A stretch of DNA of 64,000 bases from Candidatus Moraniibacteriota bacterium. Its GTDB lineage: Bacteria; Patescibacteriota; Minisyncoccia; Moranbacterales; UBA2206. The stretch lies in assembly GCA_026396175.1 (NCBI GenBank), contig JAPLXG010000008.1:659-64658 (forward strand), written 5' to 3'. The notes under the pieces are model-generated. The model did no database searches. It was not told where the DNA came from and saw nothing but the letters and a program-made list of their open reading frames with translations. A program made the translations under genes and the position numbers. Positions within the stretch are counted from its first letter, which is position 1. The number at the start of each line of letters is the position of its first letter. Of this stretch, positions 46,681 through 55,294 are shown piece after piece.

Positions 46681-47808
46681 CTACAAGCTTTCAATTTTCC
46701 CCTGAATCGTCTTCGCCGCCAAAATCAAATCACTTCCCGCCAGTTTAATTTCCAAAGTTTCATTGCTCGCAGTCGCCCCAAACAGCAAGGCGATTTTTTG
46801 CAGAAGTTCATTGTTTACAGTCTTAATCACCGCCAAGGAACTGGACGGGGTGTCGTTGTAGAGAATCATAAAAATCTGGCCGTCGCTATAATTTTCTTGC
46901 AATTTATCCAAGATGACTGGCAAGCTTTCCGGCGTTGTTCGGCTTTGGACAAAATCATCCAGGCTCAAGGCCGCCCAAGCGAGCTTGCTTTTTTCTTCCC
47001 AACTGAGTTTACTCATCACTCGTCCCAAAAGTTTCAAGATAGAAAGCGGTTGAGTTTTATAGAGCCAGCGGATGATGCCTTGCTGGTCAGCGCCACGGTC
47101 CATGAGATCTGCCGCGGCGGAAAGGGCTTTTGGGGTGGTATTTTTCTTTTGGAAATTTCCAGTGGCACCAATGATGCCAACCATAAGGCAGGTGGCGATA
47201 TTTTTATCAAAGCTAATCGCATCGATATTTTCCAAAACTGGTTTCAAGATTTCCGCGCAAGATGATGCAGTAATGTCAACTAAATTAATCTGACCAAAAT
47301 TTTCATTATTACTGCGGTGATCAATATTGATGACCGGCACTTCAAAAAACAAATCAGAATTGTTGAGATAAATTTGTCCGAGACTCTCAAGATCCGGACT
47401 ATCCAAAACGACAATCAAATCGTATTTGAATTTAGCCAAAATGAAAGAAAAATCGCGCGGATCAATCGAGCCTTTTTCCGGAGTGAGGTAAACATTAAAA
47501 GCATCGCCAATTATTTCTTGACGCAGGCCGGTGATTTTATTGCGACTGGTATCAAACGACAAAACAAACTCGCGCGCGCCGGAGATTTCCGCGGTGATAT
47601 TTTTTGGGTGGGGGAGAAACTCAAATTTTGTCTCAGCCAGCTTTTTACCGGAAACGATCGTGGCAGGAATGCTTCTGTTCTCCAAAAAAAACGCCAATGC
47701 AAAAGCACTGCCGATGTCGTCAAAACCGGGGTTTTCAGGAATAAAGATGAGCACATCTTTAGCTTCGGTGATAAATTTCTGAAATTGTTCTTGAGGAATG
47801 AGGCTCAT
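46681..47808 (-). CDS. DHH/NrnA-like phosphoesterase family protein, degenerate
   Basis: ENPGFDDIGSA, IVVLD, INIDHRSNNENFGQINLV, SSCAEI; DHH replaced by DHR. Confidence 0.8.
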   Translation of the reverse strand: MSLIPQEQFQKFITEAKDVLIFIPENPGFDDIGSAFALAFFLENRSIPATIVSGKKLAETKFEFLPHPKNITAEISGAREFVLSFDTSRNKITGLRQEIIGDAFNVYLTPEKGSIDPRDFSFILAKFKYDLIVVLDSPDLESLGQIYLNNSDLFFEVPVINIDHRSNNENFGQINLVDITASSCAEILKPVLENIDAISFDKNIATCLMVGIIGATGNFQKKNTTPKALSAAADLMDRGADQQGIIRWLYKTQPLSILKLLGRVMSKLSWEEKSKLAWAALSLDDFVQSRTTPESLPVILDKLQENYSDGQIFMILYNDTPSSSLAVIKTVNNELLQKIALLFGATASNETLEIKLAGSDLILAAKTIQGKIESL

Positions 47809-47908
47809 GGGAAAAATAGAATTTAGGGTTTTTTAGACATTACTGTTTTTGGGTAGTATTTCAAGGTAGCAAGGATTTTGGCGGGTGTCAAATGTTGATA
47901 TTTATCAA

Positions 47909-47977
47909 AGAGGCTCAACCTCCATAATGGAGGTTGAGCCTCTGATGTTGGTTCAGTGTCTCCTGACCTGAACCAAC
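47909..47977. repeat. Two adjacent hairpins (REP-like or terminator)
   Basis: AGAGGCTCAACCTCCA-TAA-TGGAGGTTGAGCCTCT and GTTGGTTCAG...CTGAACCAAC. Confidence 0.65.
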
Positions 47978-48001
47978 GGGGGATTATGGTAAAAATAAAA
48001 A

Positions 48002-49054
48002 TCACAATTTCTCAATCTCTTCCAAAAGCGCGCTGAGAATATCTTTTTCTTTCACGGATTTAATTACTTTACCTTTGGCAAAGATCGCCCCCATCCCTTT
48101 GCCACCAGCCACGCCGATGTCAGCTTCACGGGCTTCGCCGGGGCCGTTGACCACGCAGCCCATCACGGCAATGTGAATATCTTTGTCGATATCTCTCACT
48201 GCTTGTTCTACTTTGTTCGCCAGACCAATGAGATCGATTTGCGTTCGTCCGCAAGTTGGGCAACTGGTGACAGTCACACCTTTTTTTCGGAGTTTCAAAG
48301 ATTTCAAAATCTCCCAAGCCACTTTCATTTCTTCGACCGGACTCGCAGTGAGGGAAACGCGCAGAGTTGCGCCGATACCATCATAGAGGAGGATTCCCAG
48401 ACCAATTGAAGACATCACAGTTCCGCGAAAAATTGTGCCCGCTTCGGTCACGCCAATGTGGAGCGGGTAATCCACTTTTCTGGAGAGCAGGCGATAGGCC
48501 TCAACCGTGCGCTCAATGTCGGAAGCTTTCAGGGAAACTAGAATATCTTTGAATTTATATTTCTCTAGGATTTTGATGTGACGCATCGCTGACTCCACCA
48601 TCCCTTCCGCCGTGACCTTATCTTTATATTTTTTTAAAATGTCTTTTTCCAGAGATCCGCCGTTGATTCCGATTCTGATTGGAATCTTATTTTTCTTGCA
48701 CGCCATCACTACCGCTTTAATTTTATCTTCCGAACCAATATTGCCCGGATTAATGCGCACCTTGTCAATGCCTTGAGCGATTACTTCCAGGGCTAACTTG
48801 TAATCAAAATGAATGTCAGCGACCAGGGGAATGTGGATTTGCTTCTTTATTTTTCCAATCGCTTTCGCTGCTTCCATGTCCAGAATCGCCACGCGCACAA
48901 TCTCGCAGCCAGCTTTTTCCAGCTCCAATATTTGCGCGACAGTAGACGCGACATCGCGGGTGTCAGTATTGCACATCGATTGCACGCGCACTGGATTATT
49001 TCCGCCTAATTCATAGGGCCCGACTTTAACGACGCGGGATTTATATTTTGGCAT
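48002..49054 (-). CDS. ispG: HMB-PP synthase IspG (GcpE)
   Basis: PVRVQSM, PLVADIHF, RINPGNIG, PLHIGVTEAG, SCPTCGR, MGCVVNGPGE. Confidence 0.97.
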   Translation of the reverse strand: MPKYKSRVVKVGPYELGGNNPVRVQSMCNTDTRDVASTVAQILELEKAGCEIVRVAILDMEAAKAIGKIKKQIHIPLVADIHFDYKLALEVIAQGIDKVRINPGNIGSEDKIKAVVMACKKNKIPIRIGINGGSLEKDILKKYKDKVTAEGMVESAMRHIKILEKYKFKDILVSLKASDIERTVEAYRLLSRKVDYPLHIGVTEAGTIFRGTVMSSIGLGILLYDGIGATLRVSLTASPVEEMKVAWEILKSLKLRKKGVTVTSCPTCGRTQIDLIGLANKVEQAVRDIDKDIHIAVMGCVVNGPGEAREADIGVAGGKGMGAIFAKGKVIKSVKEKDILSALLEEIEKL

Positions 49055-49192
49055 AAAATTAAACTTAATCGATTGGTTTAATCTTACTATAAGAGCAGTT
49101 TATTTAAAAGTGCAGAGGTATTGTCAAATTACAAGTCTTATGCTAGCTTTTCAGGTAGCAAACAAACATTTAACATCAGAAGGGGGTGGTTC

Positions 49193-49363
49193 ATGGTGAA
49201 TAGAAGTATAGCTAGTGTAAAGCTAGTAAAGGATGATGGTTGTGTGGGCGACGATTATTATCTCGTCGTGTATAGCAATGGAGACAAGAAGGAATTTACT
49301 GCCAGCGTACTGTCAGAATTTTCCAAGGCTTATCTCGATTCATTCTGTAGCCAAAAAAAATAG
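49193..49363 (+). CDS. Orphan 56-aa protein
   Basis: Promoter TTGTCA-17-TAGCTT at 49121-49149; SD AAGGGGGTG before ATG 49193. Confidence 0.6.
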   Translation: MVNRSIASVKLVKDDGCVGDDYYLVVYSNGDKKEFTASVLSEFSKAYLDSFCSQKK

Positions 49364-49473
49364 CCAAGGTGATTCTATCTTGGTCCAACAGGCGGTCCAG
49401 CGAGGCCGTCTTCATTTTGGCGAAAAATGATAAACCCTTTCCTTTTTCCCAAAATCCGCTAAGCTTGAATTAT

Positions 49474-49977
49474 ATGCAAACTGAATTTATTACCGAAAAA
49501 ACTCAAGAGACGAAAAAACTGGGAAAATTGCTTGCCAGTGAGCTTTTCGGTGGAGAAGTGGTTTGTCTTTTTGGCGAACTTGGCGCGGGAAAAACGACTT
49601 TTACGCAAGGATTGCTTGAAGGCTTGGGGGCGGAAAAACCCTACACTAGCCCGACTTTTGTGGTGATGAAAGAATACAAAACAGTGAACAGTGAGCAGAG
49701 AACAGTGAACCTGCCTACGCCAAGGCTCCGGCAGGCAAGCAGTAAAGAGAAATTAAAAAGCGGGAAAATAAGTACAATTTATCATTTTGATGCGTATCGG
49801 GTGGAGGCGGAGGATATTTTGAACTTGGGTTGGGAGGAGATAATCGCCGATGAAAGCAATATTTGCATTATTGAATGGGCGGATAAGTTGGAGAAAATCA
49901 TTCCAGGGTGGGCAATTTGGATTGGGTTTGAATGGTTGGATGAAAATAGGCGGAAAATTATTTTGCGGCAAAAATGA
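49474..49977 (+). CDS. tsaE: t6A biosynthesis ATPase TsaE with an in-frame repeat insertion
   Basis: GELGAGKTTFTQG, TSPTFVVMKEY, YHFDAYR, IIEWADK. Confidence 0.95.
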   Translation: MQTEFITEKTQETKKLGKLLASELFGGEVVCLFGELGAGKTTFTQGLLEGLGAEKPYTSPTFVVMKEYKTVNSEQRTVNLPTPRLRQASSKEKLKSGKISTIYHFDAYRVEAEDILNLGWEEIIADESNICIIEWADKLEKIIPGWAIWIGFEWLDENRRKIILRQK

Positions 49978-50125
49978 GGTAAGACAAGGCATAGACGAGT
50001 CCGCCGGCTGGCGGACTCGTCTCTACGGATGATAAAAATACCAAAAACTTGCTAAGATTGCAAAAGCGTGCTAAAAATACCTAAGTGTCTCAGAAGCTAA
50101 TTTATCAATAATTTATAAGAATTCT

Positions 50126-50398
50126 ATGCCAATCAAAAAAGCAGCCAAGAAATATATGCGGGTGACCGAGCGAAAGACCGAGAAAAACCGCAAAATTAAA
50201 GGTGCTTTCAAAAGCGCGGTGAAATATACCAAGGAAGCGGTTGCGAAAGCCGATGGAGAAAAAGCGACGGAATACTTGAAAAAATCGATCAAGGCGATTG
50301 ACAAGGCGGTGGAAAAAAACGTGATGCACAAAAATACCGCAGCGAGAAAAAAATCACGATTGAACAAGGCCGTGAAGGCGCTCGTACTTAAGAAATAG
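50126..50398 (+). CDS. rpsT: 30S ribosomal protein S20
   Basis: MPIKKAAKK.MR, IDKAV.KNVMHKNTAARKKSRL. Confidence 0.97.
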   Translation: MPIKKAAKKYMRVTERKTEKNRKIKGAFKSAVKYTKEAVAKADGEKATEYLKKSIKAIDKAVEKNVMHKNTAARKKSRLNKAVKALVLKK

Positions 50399-50416
50399 TT
50401 TTTCTTGTTTTGAAAT

Positions 50417-50450
50417 AAAAAAGCCACCTGAAAGTTCAGGTGGTTTTTTG
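50417..50450. terminator. Terminator after rpsT
   Basis: AAAAAAGCCACCTGAA-AG-TTCAGGTGGTTTTTT. Confidence 0.8.
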
Positions 50451-50460
50451 TTTTTTTCTG

Positions 50461-50689
50461 TGTCATCCCCGAGAAGTTGGGGATCCAGGCGCCTCAGGCT
50501 AAAAATAAAGAGAACGCTAATTATTAAAATTCAGGACTTACTGAAATAGAGAACCTGCTTGATTTACAGCTCATTTTTCTAATTTTGTAACTAGTGGAAC
50601 CTGGATTCCCTGCCTACCCTACCTACCGGCAGGCAGGCGGCAGGCAGGCCGCCGGAGTTTATGCTTGTGAAACGGGTGCGGTAATGACA
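50461..50689. repeat. TGTCATCCCC...AATGACA REP-like pair with a self-nested 20-bp insert (50609-50648)
   Basis: CCTGCCTAC[CCTACCTACCGGCAGGCAGG]CGGCAGGCAGG. Confidence 0.85.
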
Positions 50690-50729
50690 CTTGGGGCGGG
50701 TGGCTTTTTGTATTTGCGTAAAGCATAAC

Positions 50730-50863
50730 GCAGGTTCAATCGTCTCGATTGAACCTCGTGTTTCTGGCGAGGCTAGCTAATAATGGTGATAAAATTTATA
50801 GCACAGGCTGGCGGGTTAGCTTTACCAGAAATAGATGATTCAGGCGAGGACGCCTGAACCTGC
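50730..50863. repeat. Inverted pair of GCAG-footed REP-like palindromes
   Basis: GCAGGTTCAATCGTCTCGATTGAACCT ... TTCAGGCGAGGACGCCTGAACCTGC. Confidence 0.75.
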
Positions 50864-50873
50864 ACTTTTTAAC

Positions 50874-51848
50874 TTATAGCTCCACAATAAACTTATCCAA
50901 AGAAAGTTTGATATCCGCTTGCCCTGTTTTAATTTTCGTGTCTAGTGCGCCGAGTTTTTTGTGGATGGTGATCAATTTTTTTTCACCGAAATTTCTCGCT
51001 TGCGCGAAACTTTTTTTCACCACGAACGGATGAATCTTTGCGAGTTTAGCTATTTCAAATTCGCTAAAAATTCCATTTTCTTGCAGAGAGGCGATGCGCA
51101 AAAGATTTCTAAATTGATAGACAAACATCGAAAAAAGATAGAATGGATCATCGCCTTGGTCAAGATGGCGATGGAATAGTTCCAGCGCTTTTTGCTTGCG
51201 ATTAGCGCTAAGCGCCTCGATTGTTTCAAAAATATTATTATCCAAATTGGCCTTAGTGAGCAGATCAACTGCCTCGGCGCTGATAATCTCCGGCTGGGAA
51301 TAGCTGATTAATTTTCCTAGTTCTGTCGTAAGTAAGGCTGTATCATTGCCGACGTAGGCAATTAGTTTTTCCAACGCTTCTTTCGAGGTTGAAGCTTCTG
51401 GATTAGCTTTTTTAACTTCCGTCAAAACCCATTGGTTTAATTTTATTCCAGTAAGTTTTTCAAAATTTTGTTTTTTAGCCTGCTCCAAAAGAAATTTGAA
51501 AAGCGCATTATTTTTTCTGGGAACATTTTCTTCCCAAAAAATTATCACTGAGTCGCTGTCGGTTTTTAGTTTCTCGCTATTTTCTTTCAAAAATTTCAGG
51601 ATCTTCGCCTGCTCATCGCTCGGCGACTCAGCAATAATTTTTTTGAGAATAATTAATTTTTTTGAAGAAAAAAGTCCGGAAGCGGAAAGGGCGGAACGCA
51701 TTTTTTCCAACGCGCTTTCTTTTGATTCAGATGCATCAAACAAAGACAAACCCGATCCGGATTTGTCATTGAGAGAAAACTTATTTTTTATTTCCAGCAC
51801 TTTTTCCAAAGAGCGGAAATTATCTTCGCCGTAGAGAAAGAAAAGCAT
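50874..51848 (-). CDS. holA: DNA polymerase III delta subunit
   Basis: LFFLYGEDNF, SGLFSSKKLII, ELGKL, IHPFVVKK, DTKIKTG. Confidence 0.92.
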   Translation of the reverse strand: MLFFLYGEDNFRSLEKVLEIKNKFSLNDKSGSGLSLFDASESKESALEKMRSALSASGLFSSKKLIILKKIIAESPSDEQAKILKFLKENSEKLKTDSDSVIIFWEENVPRKNNALFKFLLEQAKKQNFEKLTGIKLNQWVLTEVKKANPEASTSKEALEKLIAYVGNDTALLTTELGKLISYSQPEIISAEAVDLLTKANLDNNIFETIEALSANRKQKALELFHRHLDQGDDPFYLFSMFVYQFRNLLRIASLQENGIFSEFEIAKLAKIHPFVVKKSFAQARNFGEKKLITIHKKLGALDTKIKTGQADIKLSLDKFIVEL

Positions 51849-51875
51849 ATGGTTGCATAAACGGTTAGCGCTCCG

Positions 51876-52976
51876 TTAGTTGATAACTTCCCATTTCAGG
51901 TTTTGTCCCGGCTCCAAGATTTCTACCCAGATTTGTCCAGGCACAAATTGCACTTCTTGTCCGCTTGAGTCATAGAAGAATAGTTTGTTTTTTGCGTCAG
52001 ATTTGTCCTTTTTCCAAGTGCCGGCCATTTCTTTTCCATCCATATAGTAGTGGGCATCGCCGGTATCAACTGAATCAAACCAAGGATCGCCCAATTGGAC
52101 ATTGTTGTATTGCTCTCCTTCAACTAGCTGATCAGATTGAGCCATTAAGACGACGACGTTTTTGGGAGCCAATCTTTTGCCATTATTTCGGTCAGTGTCA
52201 GCCGTTCCGCCCCAGCTGCGCAGATAGGAATTGCTGGCTTTGTCATAGTCGTAGGTCACATCATAGGGCTTGGCAAAAGCGACGCGCAAATGTCCGCCAT
52301 TCGGTCTTTGGTCAAGCGGAGCTTCATCTTTGTGAGGATAACCGACAAATTTATTTTGTAAGTTATAGCCAAAAGCTTTGGCGCCTTCCAGAAGTTTAGC
52401 AAATTTAGCATAACCAGTGTCTACGCCTCGCGCCATACCGGTCTTTCGATAGCAATATTGTTCAGCGGATTTTCCGGCGTCATTATTGCAATTCATATCG
52501 TCATAAGTTCTGCTGTCCAAAACATCTTTGAATTTTTGAATATTTGATCGTCCCCAATGAACAAAAATGGCGTCGAGTCCGGCAGCGAGACTAAGAAAGT
52601 CATGTCGCGCGCTGCGCATCGAACCGACATCTTCCGGGTTGCCGCAAACATAAACACCCATTAGACGAGTAATCGAAGCGGTAATCACAGGCATTTCAAA
52701 AACCATATCGGCATCAGAAAAACCGGAAGCGGGACGAGCGGAAACATCAGCTGGTTGCATCACAGCCACTGCTCTTCTGCTCTTATCATCACAAGGCAAC
52801 CCGGAGAGGTAACTGACATCAGCGGGATTTCTGGGCGTGACCGTGTCGATTTTTTGGTTGACGTCAATTTGTTTTTTTGGTGCTTGTTGGCCTCTTTTTT
52901 TCACAAAGATAAAGGCACCAACGGCGATAATTATTATCACCAATGTAATGATAATTTTTTGCTTTTTTTCCATCAA
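51876..52976 (-). CDS. DUF3048 family protein
   Basis: ARPASG.S.ADMVFE....SITR, VGSMRSAR, PGQIWVEI; N-terminal TM segment. Confidence 0.85.
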   Translation of the reverse strand: MMEKKQKIIITLVIIIIAVGAFIFVKKRGQQAPKKQIDVNQKIDTVTPRNPADVSYLSGLPCDDKSRRAVAVMQPADVSARPASGFSDADMVFEMPVITASITRLMGVYVCGNPEDVGSMRSARHDFLSLAAGLDAIFVHWGRSNIQKFKDVLDSRTYDDMNCNNDAGKSAEQYCYRKTGMARGVDTGYAKFAKLLEGAKAFGYNLQNKFVGYPHKDEAPLDQRPNGGHLRVAFAKPYDVTYDYDKASNSYLRSWGGTADTDRNNGKRLAPKNVVVLMAQSDQLVEGEQYNNVQLGDPWFDSVDTGDAHYYMDGKEMAGTWKKDKSDAKNKLFFYDSSGQEVQFVPGQIWVEILEPGQNLKWEVIN

Positions 52977-53073
52977 TTTAAATTTTAAAAGTTACTTATC
53001 TATTATATAGTAGTAATTAAAATTAGGGAAGGACGCGGGATGTGATGGAAAATACACAGGAGAATACACGCCA

Positions 53074-53101
53074 TTGACAAAATCCAGCCATTTGCTATAT
53101 T
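53074..53101 (+). promoter_or_regulatory. Sigma70 promoter
   Basis: TTGACA-16-TATATT with extended TG. Confidence 0.65.
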
Positions 53102-53304
53102 GGTGGCATGCATAGTTTAATTTTTCAAACCAAGCGCGTCAATAATAATTCCGGGATTACCCCGGATCGGCTTTGGTTTTTGAAAAATGAAAATTAGCGC
53201 ATAAGAAAGAATCATTTTTAAAAAATCGGAAGCCGGTCCCAGGGACTCGGTTTTTTTGTTTCTTGACAACTTAGAAAGATATTTTTTAGGAAAGGGGGTG
53301 GCCT

Positions 53305-53502
53305 ATGCCATCAACAGCTTTGTTTGTTTGCCAGATCTGTGGCAAAAAAGTCAGGTGTATTTTTATCCACAACAGAAAATGTGATGGGCGTTGTTTTCTA
53401 GATAGCTGTGTCTGGGAAAAAGCCCAGCCGGAAATAATTCTAACCGATGAGCATGAGGCATGTAAAAATCCCGATCATCATCACATGGACGGGCATGCCT
53501 AG
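53305..53502 (+). CDS. Orphan Cys/His-rich 65-aa protein
   Basis: SD AAGGGGGTG; CQICGK, 7 Cys, HHH. Confidence 0.65.
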   Translation: MPSTALFVCQICGKKVRCIFIHNRKCDGRCFLDSCVWEKAQPEIILTDEHEACKNPDHHHMDGHA

Positions 53503-53516
53503 GAAAGGAGAAGGAT

Positions 53517-53690
53517 ATGGAACCTATGGAAAAAGCCAAACATTCACTGGATGAAATGGAAGTATGTAATAGTTGCGGGAGGGTGGCATATTCTAAATTA
53601 AGACTTCCTGCGTCAGCAGTATTTGCTGAACCGGTAAAAAAAGTGATACTAATTATCTGTAATAAATGCAAGAGAGGAGGTGTCAGATGA
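53517..53690 (+). CDS. Orphan 57-aa Zn-ribbon-like protein (absent from the ORF track)
   Basis: SD AGGAGAAGGA; CNSCG...CNKC; ATGA overlap with the next gene. Confidence 0.65.
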   Translation: MEPMEKAKHSLDEMEVCNSCGRVAYSKLRLPASAVFAEPVKKVILIICNKCKRGGVR

Positions 53691-53893
53691 GGAGAACATG
53701 TAGCAATTGTGGAGGACATCTGTTCGTCCCAAGGCTTTGCGCAAATGTCTGCAGGCGCAAAGACGATGCTTTAATCACCCTTCCCGTTGAGCAGGCCAGC
53801 GGGTGCAGCTTATTCAGCGAGGAGGATGAGAATTCAAATCTTGATTATCTTGTGATTCTCGGTTTAGTGGGAGAGGATGTCTTATGCAACTAA
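53687..53893 (+). CDS. Orphan Cys-rich 68-aa protein
   Basis: SD GGAGGTG; CSNCG...CANVC...C; terminator at 53908-53948. Confidence 0.65.
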   Translation: MRRTCSNCGGHLFVPRLCANVCRRKDDALITLPVEQASGCSLFSEEDENSNLDYLVILGLVGEDVLCN

Positions 53894-53994
53894 GCATTCC
53901 CTTTACGGGGTGGGAGTTCTAATTTTAGAATTCTCACCCTCTTTTTTTGCTTGTTTTTATGCTAAGATGGAGTTACTGAAATAATTTTAGTATT

Positions 53995-54213
53995 ATGAAA
54001 CTAGGAAAATATAAACATTACAAAAGTAAGAATTATGAAGTGCTTGGCATGGCGCGTCACAGCGAAACGTTTGAATGGTTGGTTGTTTATCGCGCGCTCT
54101 ATGATAGCGAAGAATTTGGCAATCATGCTCTGTGGGTTAGGCCGAAAAAGATGTTTTTGGAAAAAGTCATAATCGATGGCAAAAGAGTTCCGCGGTTTGA
54201 ATTTATCGGATGA
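53995..54213 (+). CDS. DUF1653 family protein
   Basis: GKYKHYK.KNYEV.G.ARHSET.E.LVVYRALY, WVRP..MF.E, PRF. Confidence 0.9.
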   Translation: MKLGKYKHYKSKNYEVLGMARHSETFEWLVVYRALYDSEEFGNHALWVRPKKMFLEKVIIDGKRVPRFEFIG

Positions 54214-54221
54214 CAAAAATA

Positions 54222-55097
54222 TTATTTCTGACACTTGGCGCAAAAGAACACACTTCTTTGCGCCATTTTTTTGCGCAAAATTTTTCCGCCACATTTTTCT
54301 GGACACGGCAATTTATCTCGACGATAAACTTTTAGGACTTCTTGAAAATGTCCCGGCGCGCCGGAAGAGTCGCGATAATCACTGTCTGATGTTCCACGCA
54401 TTTCGATGGCGAGCTTCAAGATTTTTTTGGTCGCAAGAAAAATCTTTTTGCGTTCATCCTTTTTGAGACTTTCATTTTTGCGTTCCGGCAAAACGCCGGC
54501 GGCAAAAAGAATCTCACTGCGATAGATGTTGCCAATGCCGGAAATTATGCTTTGATCGAGTAGAAAAATACCGATGAGCATTTTTGGCTTTGCATCTAGC
54601 AGTTCATTGAATTTAGCGAGTGTGAATTTCTCACTCATTGCATCAATCCCAATCTTTTTTTCTGCCAAATATTTTTCAATTTCTTTCGTTTCCAAAAGCC
54701 GCATCGTAGCAAACTTTCGCAAATCAGAAAATTCCAGAGTTTTGTTTTTATCTAAATACCAGATGTGATGAATATATTGATTAACTTTGTCGTCGAAATA
54801 ATTTGTATTTCCCTTCGTTTGTTTCTTGCTTCTTGTTTCTTGTATCTTGATGAGAAGGTGTCCCGTCATCCGCAAATGAATACGCAGCGATTTTCCATCA
54901 GAAAGATTGAGAAAAATATTTTTCCCCACCCGCTGGGCCAAAAGTATTTTTTTATTTTTCATTTCACGTTGAAATTTCAAAAGCGTTGCGCCTTTAATGG
55001 CCGAAGGAAAATCGGACCAAAACTTTGTGATAGTCAGGCCTTTGATTTTTTTATTAAAGTCAGAAACAATCGTTTCGACTTCTGGTAGTTCGGGCAT
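54222..55097 (-). CDS. mutM: Formamidopyrimidine-DNA glycosylase
   Basis: MPELPEVET, HLRMTG, DLRKFA, LLDQ..ISGIGNIYRSE, C-terminal Zn finger. Confidence 0.97.
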   Translation of the reverse strand: MPELPEVETIVSDFNKKIKGLTITKFWSDFPSAIKGATLLKFQREMKNKKILLAQRVGKNIFLNLSDGKSLRIHLRMTGHLLIKIQETRSKKQTKGNTNYFDDKVNQYIHHIWYLDKNKTLEFSDLRKFATMRLLETKEIEKYLAEKKIGIDAMSEKFTLAKFNELLDAKPKMLIGIFLLDQSIISGIGNIYRSEILFAAGVLPERKNESLKKDERKKIFLATKKILKLAIEMRGTSDSDYRDSSGAPGHFQEVLKVYRRDKLPCPEKCGGKILRKKMAQRSVFFCAKCQK

Positions 55098-55125
55098 AAT
55101 ATTTTTATAAAAAATTTAAAAATAT

Positions 55126-55291
55126 TGTCATTCTGAGCGTAGCGCAGCGGAGTCGAAGAATCTGCTATGGGTTATCGTGGGCTTTGCTATGTTTTTCGGG
55201 AGCTTACGGCAATGGATGACAGATCCCTGCCTACCGGCAGGCAGGCTTCGACTACGTCCGTCCGCCAGCTGGCGGATCGCTCAGGATGACA
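55126..55291. repeat. TGTCATTCTGAGC...GCTCAGGATGACA REP-like pair with 20-bp (55226-55245) and 16-bp (55261-55276) inserts
   Basis: Alignment with the 35644 and 40869 copies. Confidence 0.88.
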
Positions 55292-55294
55292 TTC

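Noticed and set aside
46681-47808. Active NrnA oligoribonuclease
   Set aside because: The DxD and DHH motifs are degenerate, so only the family is called.
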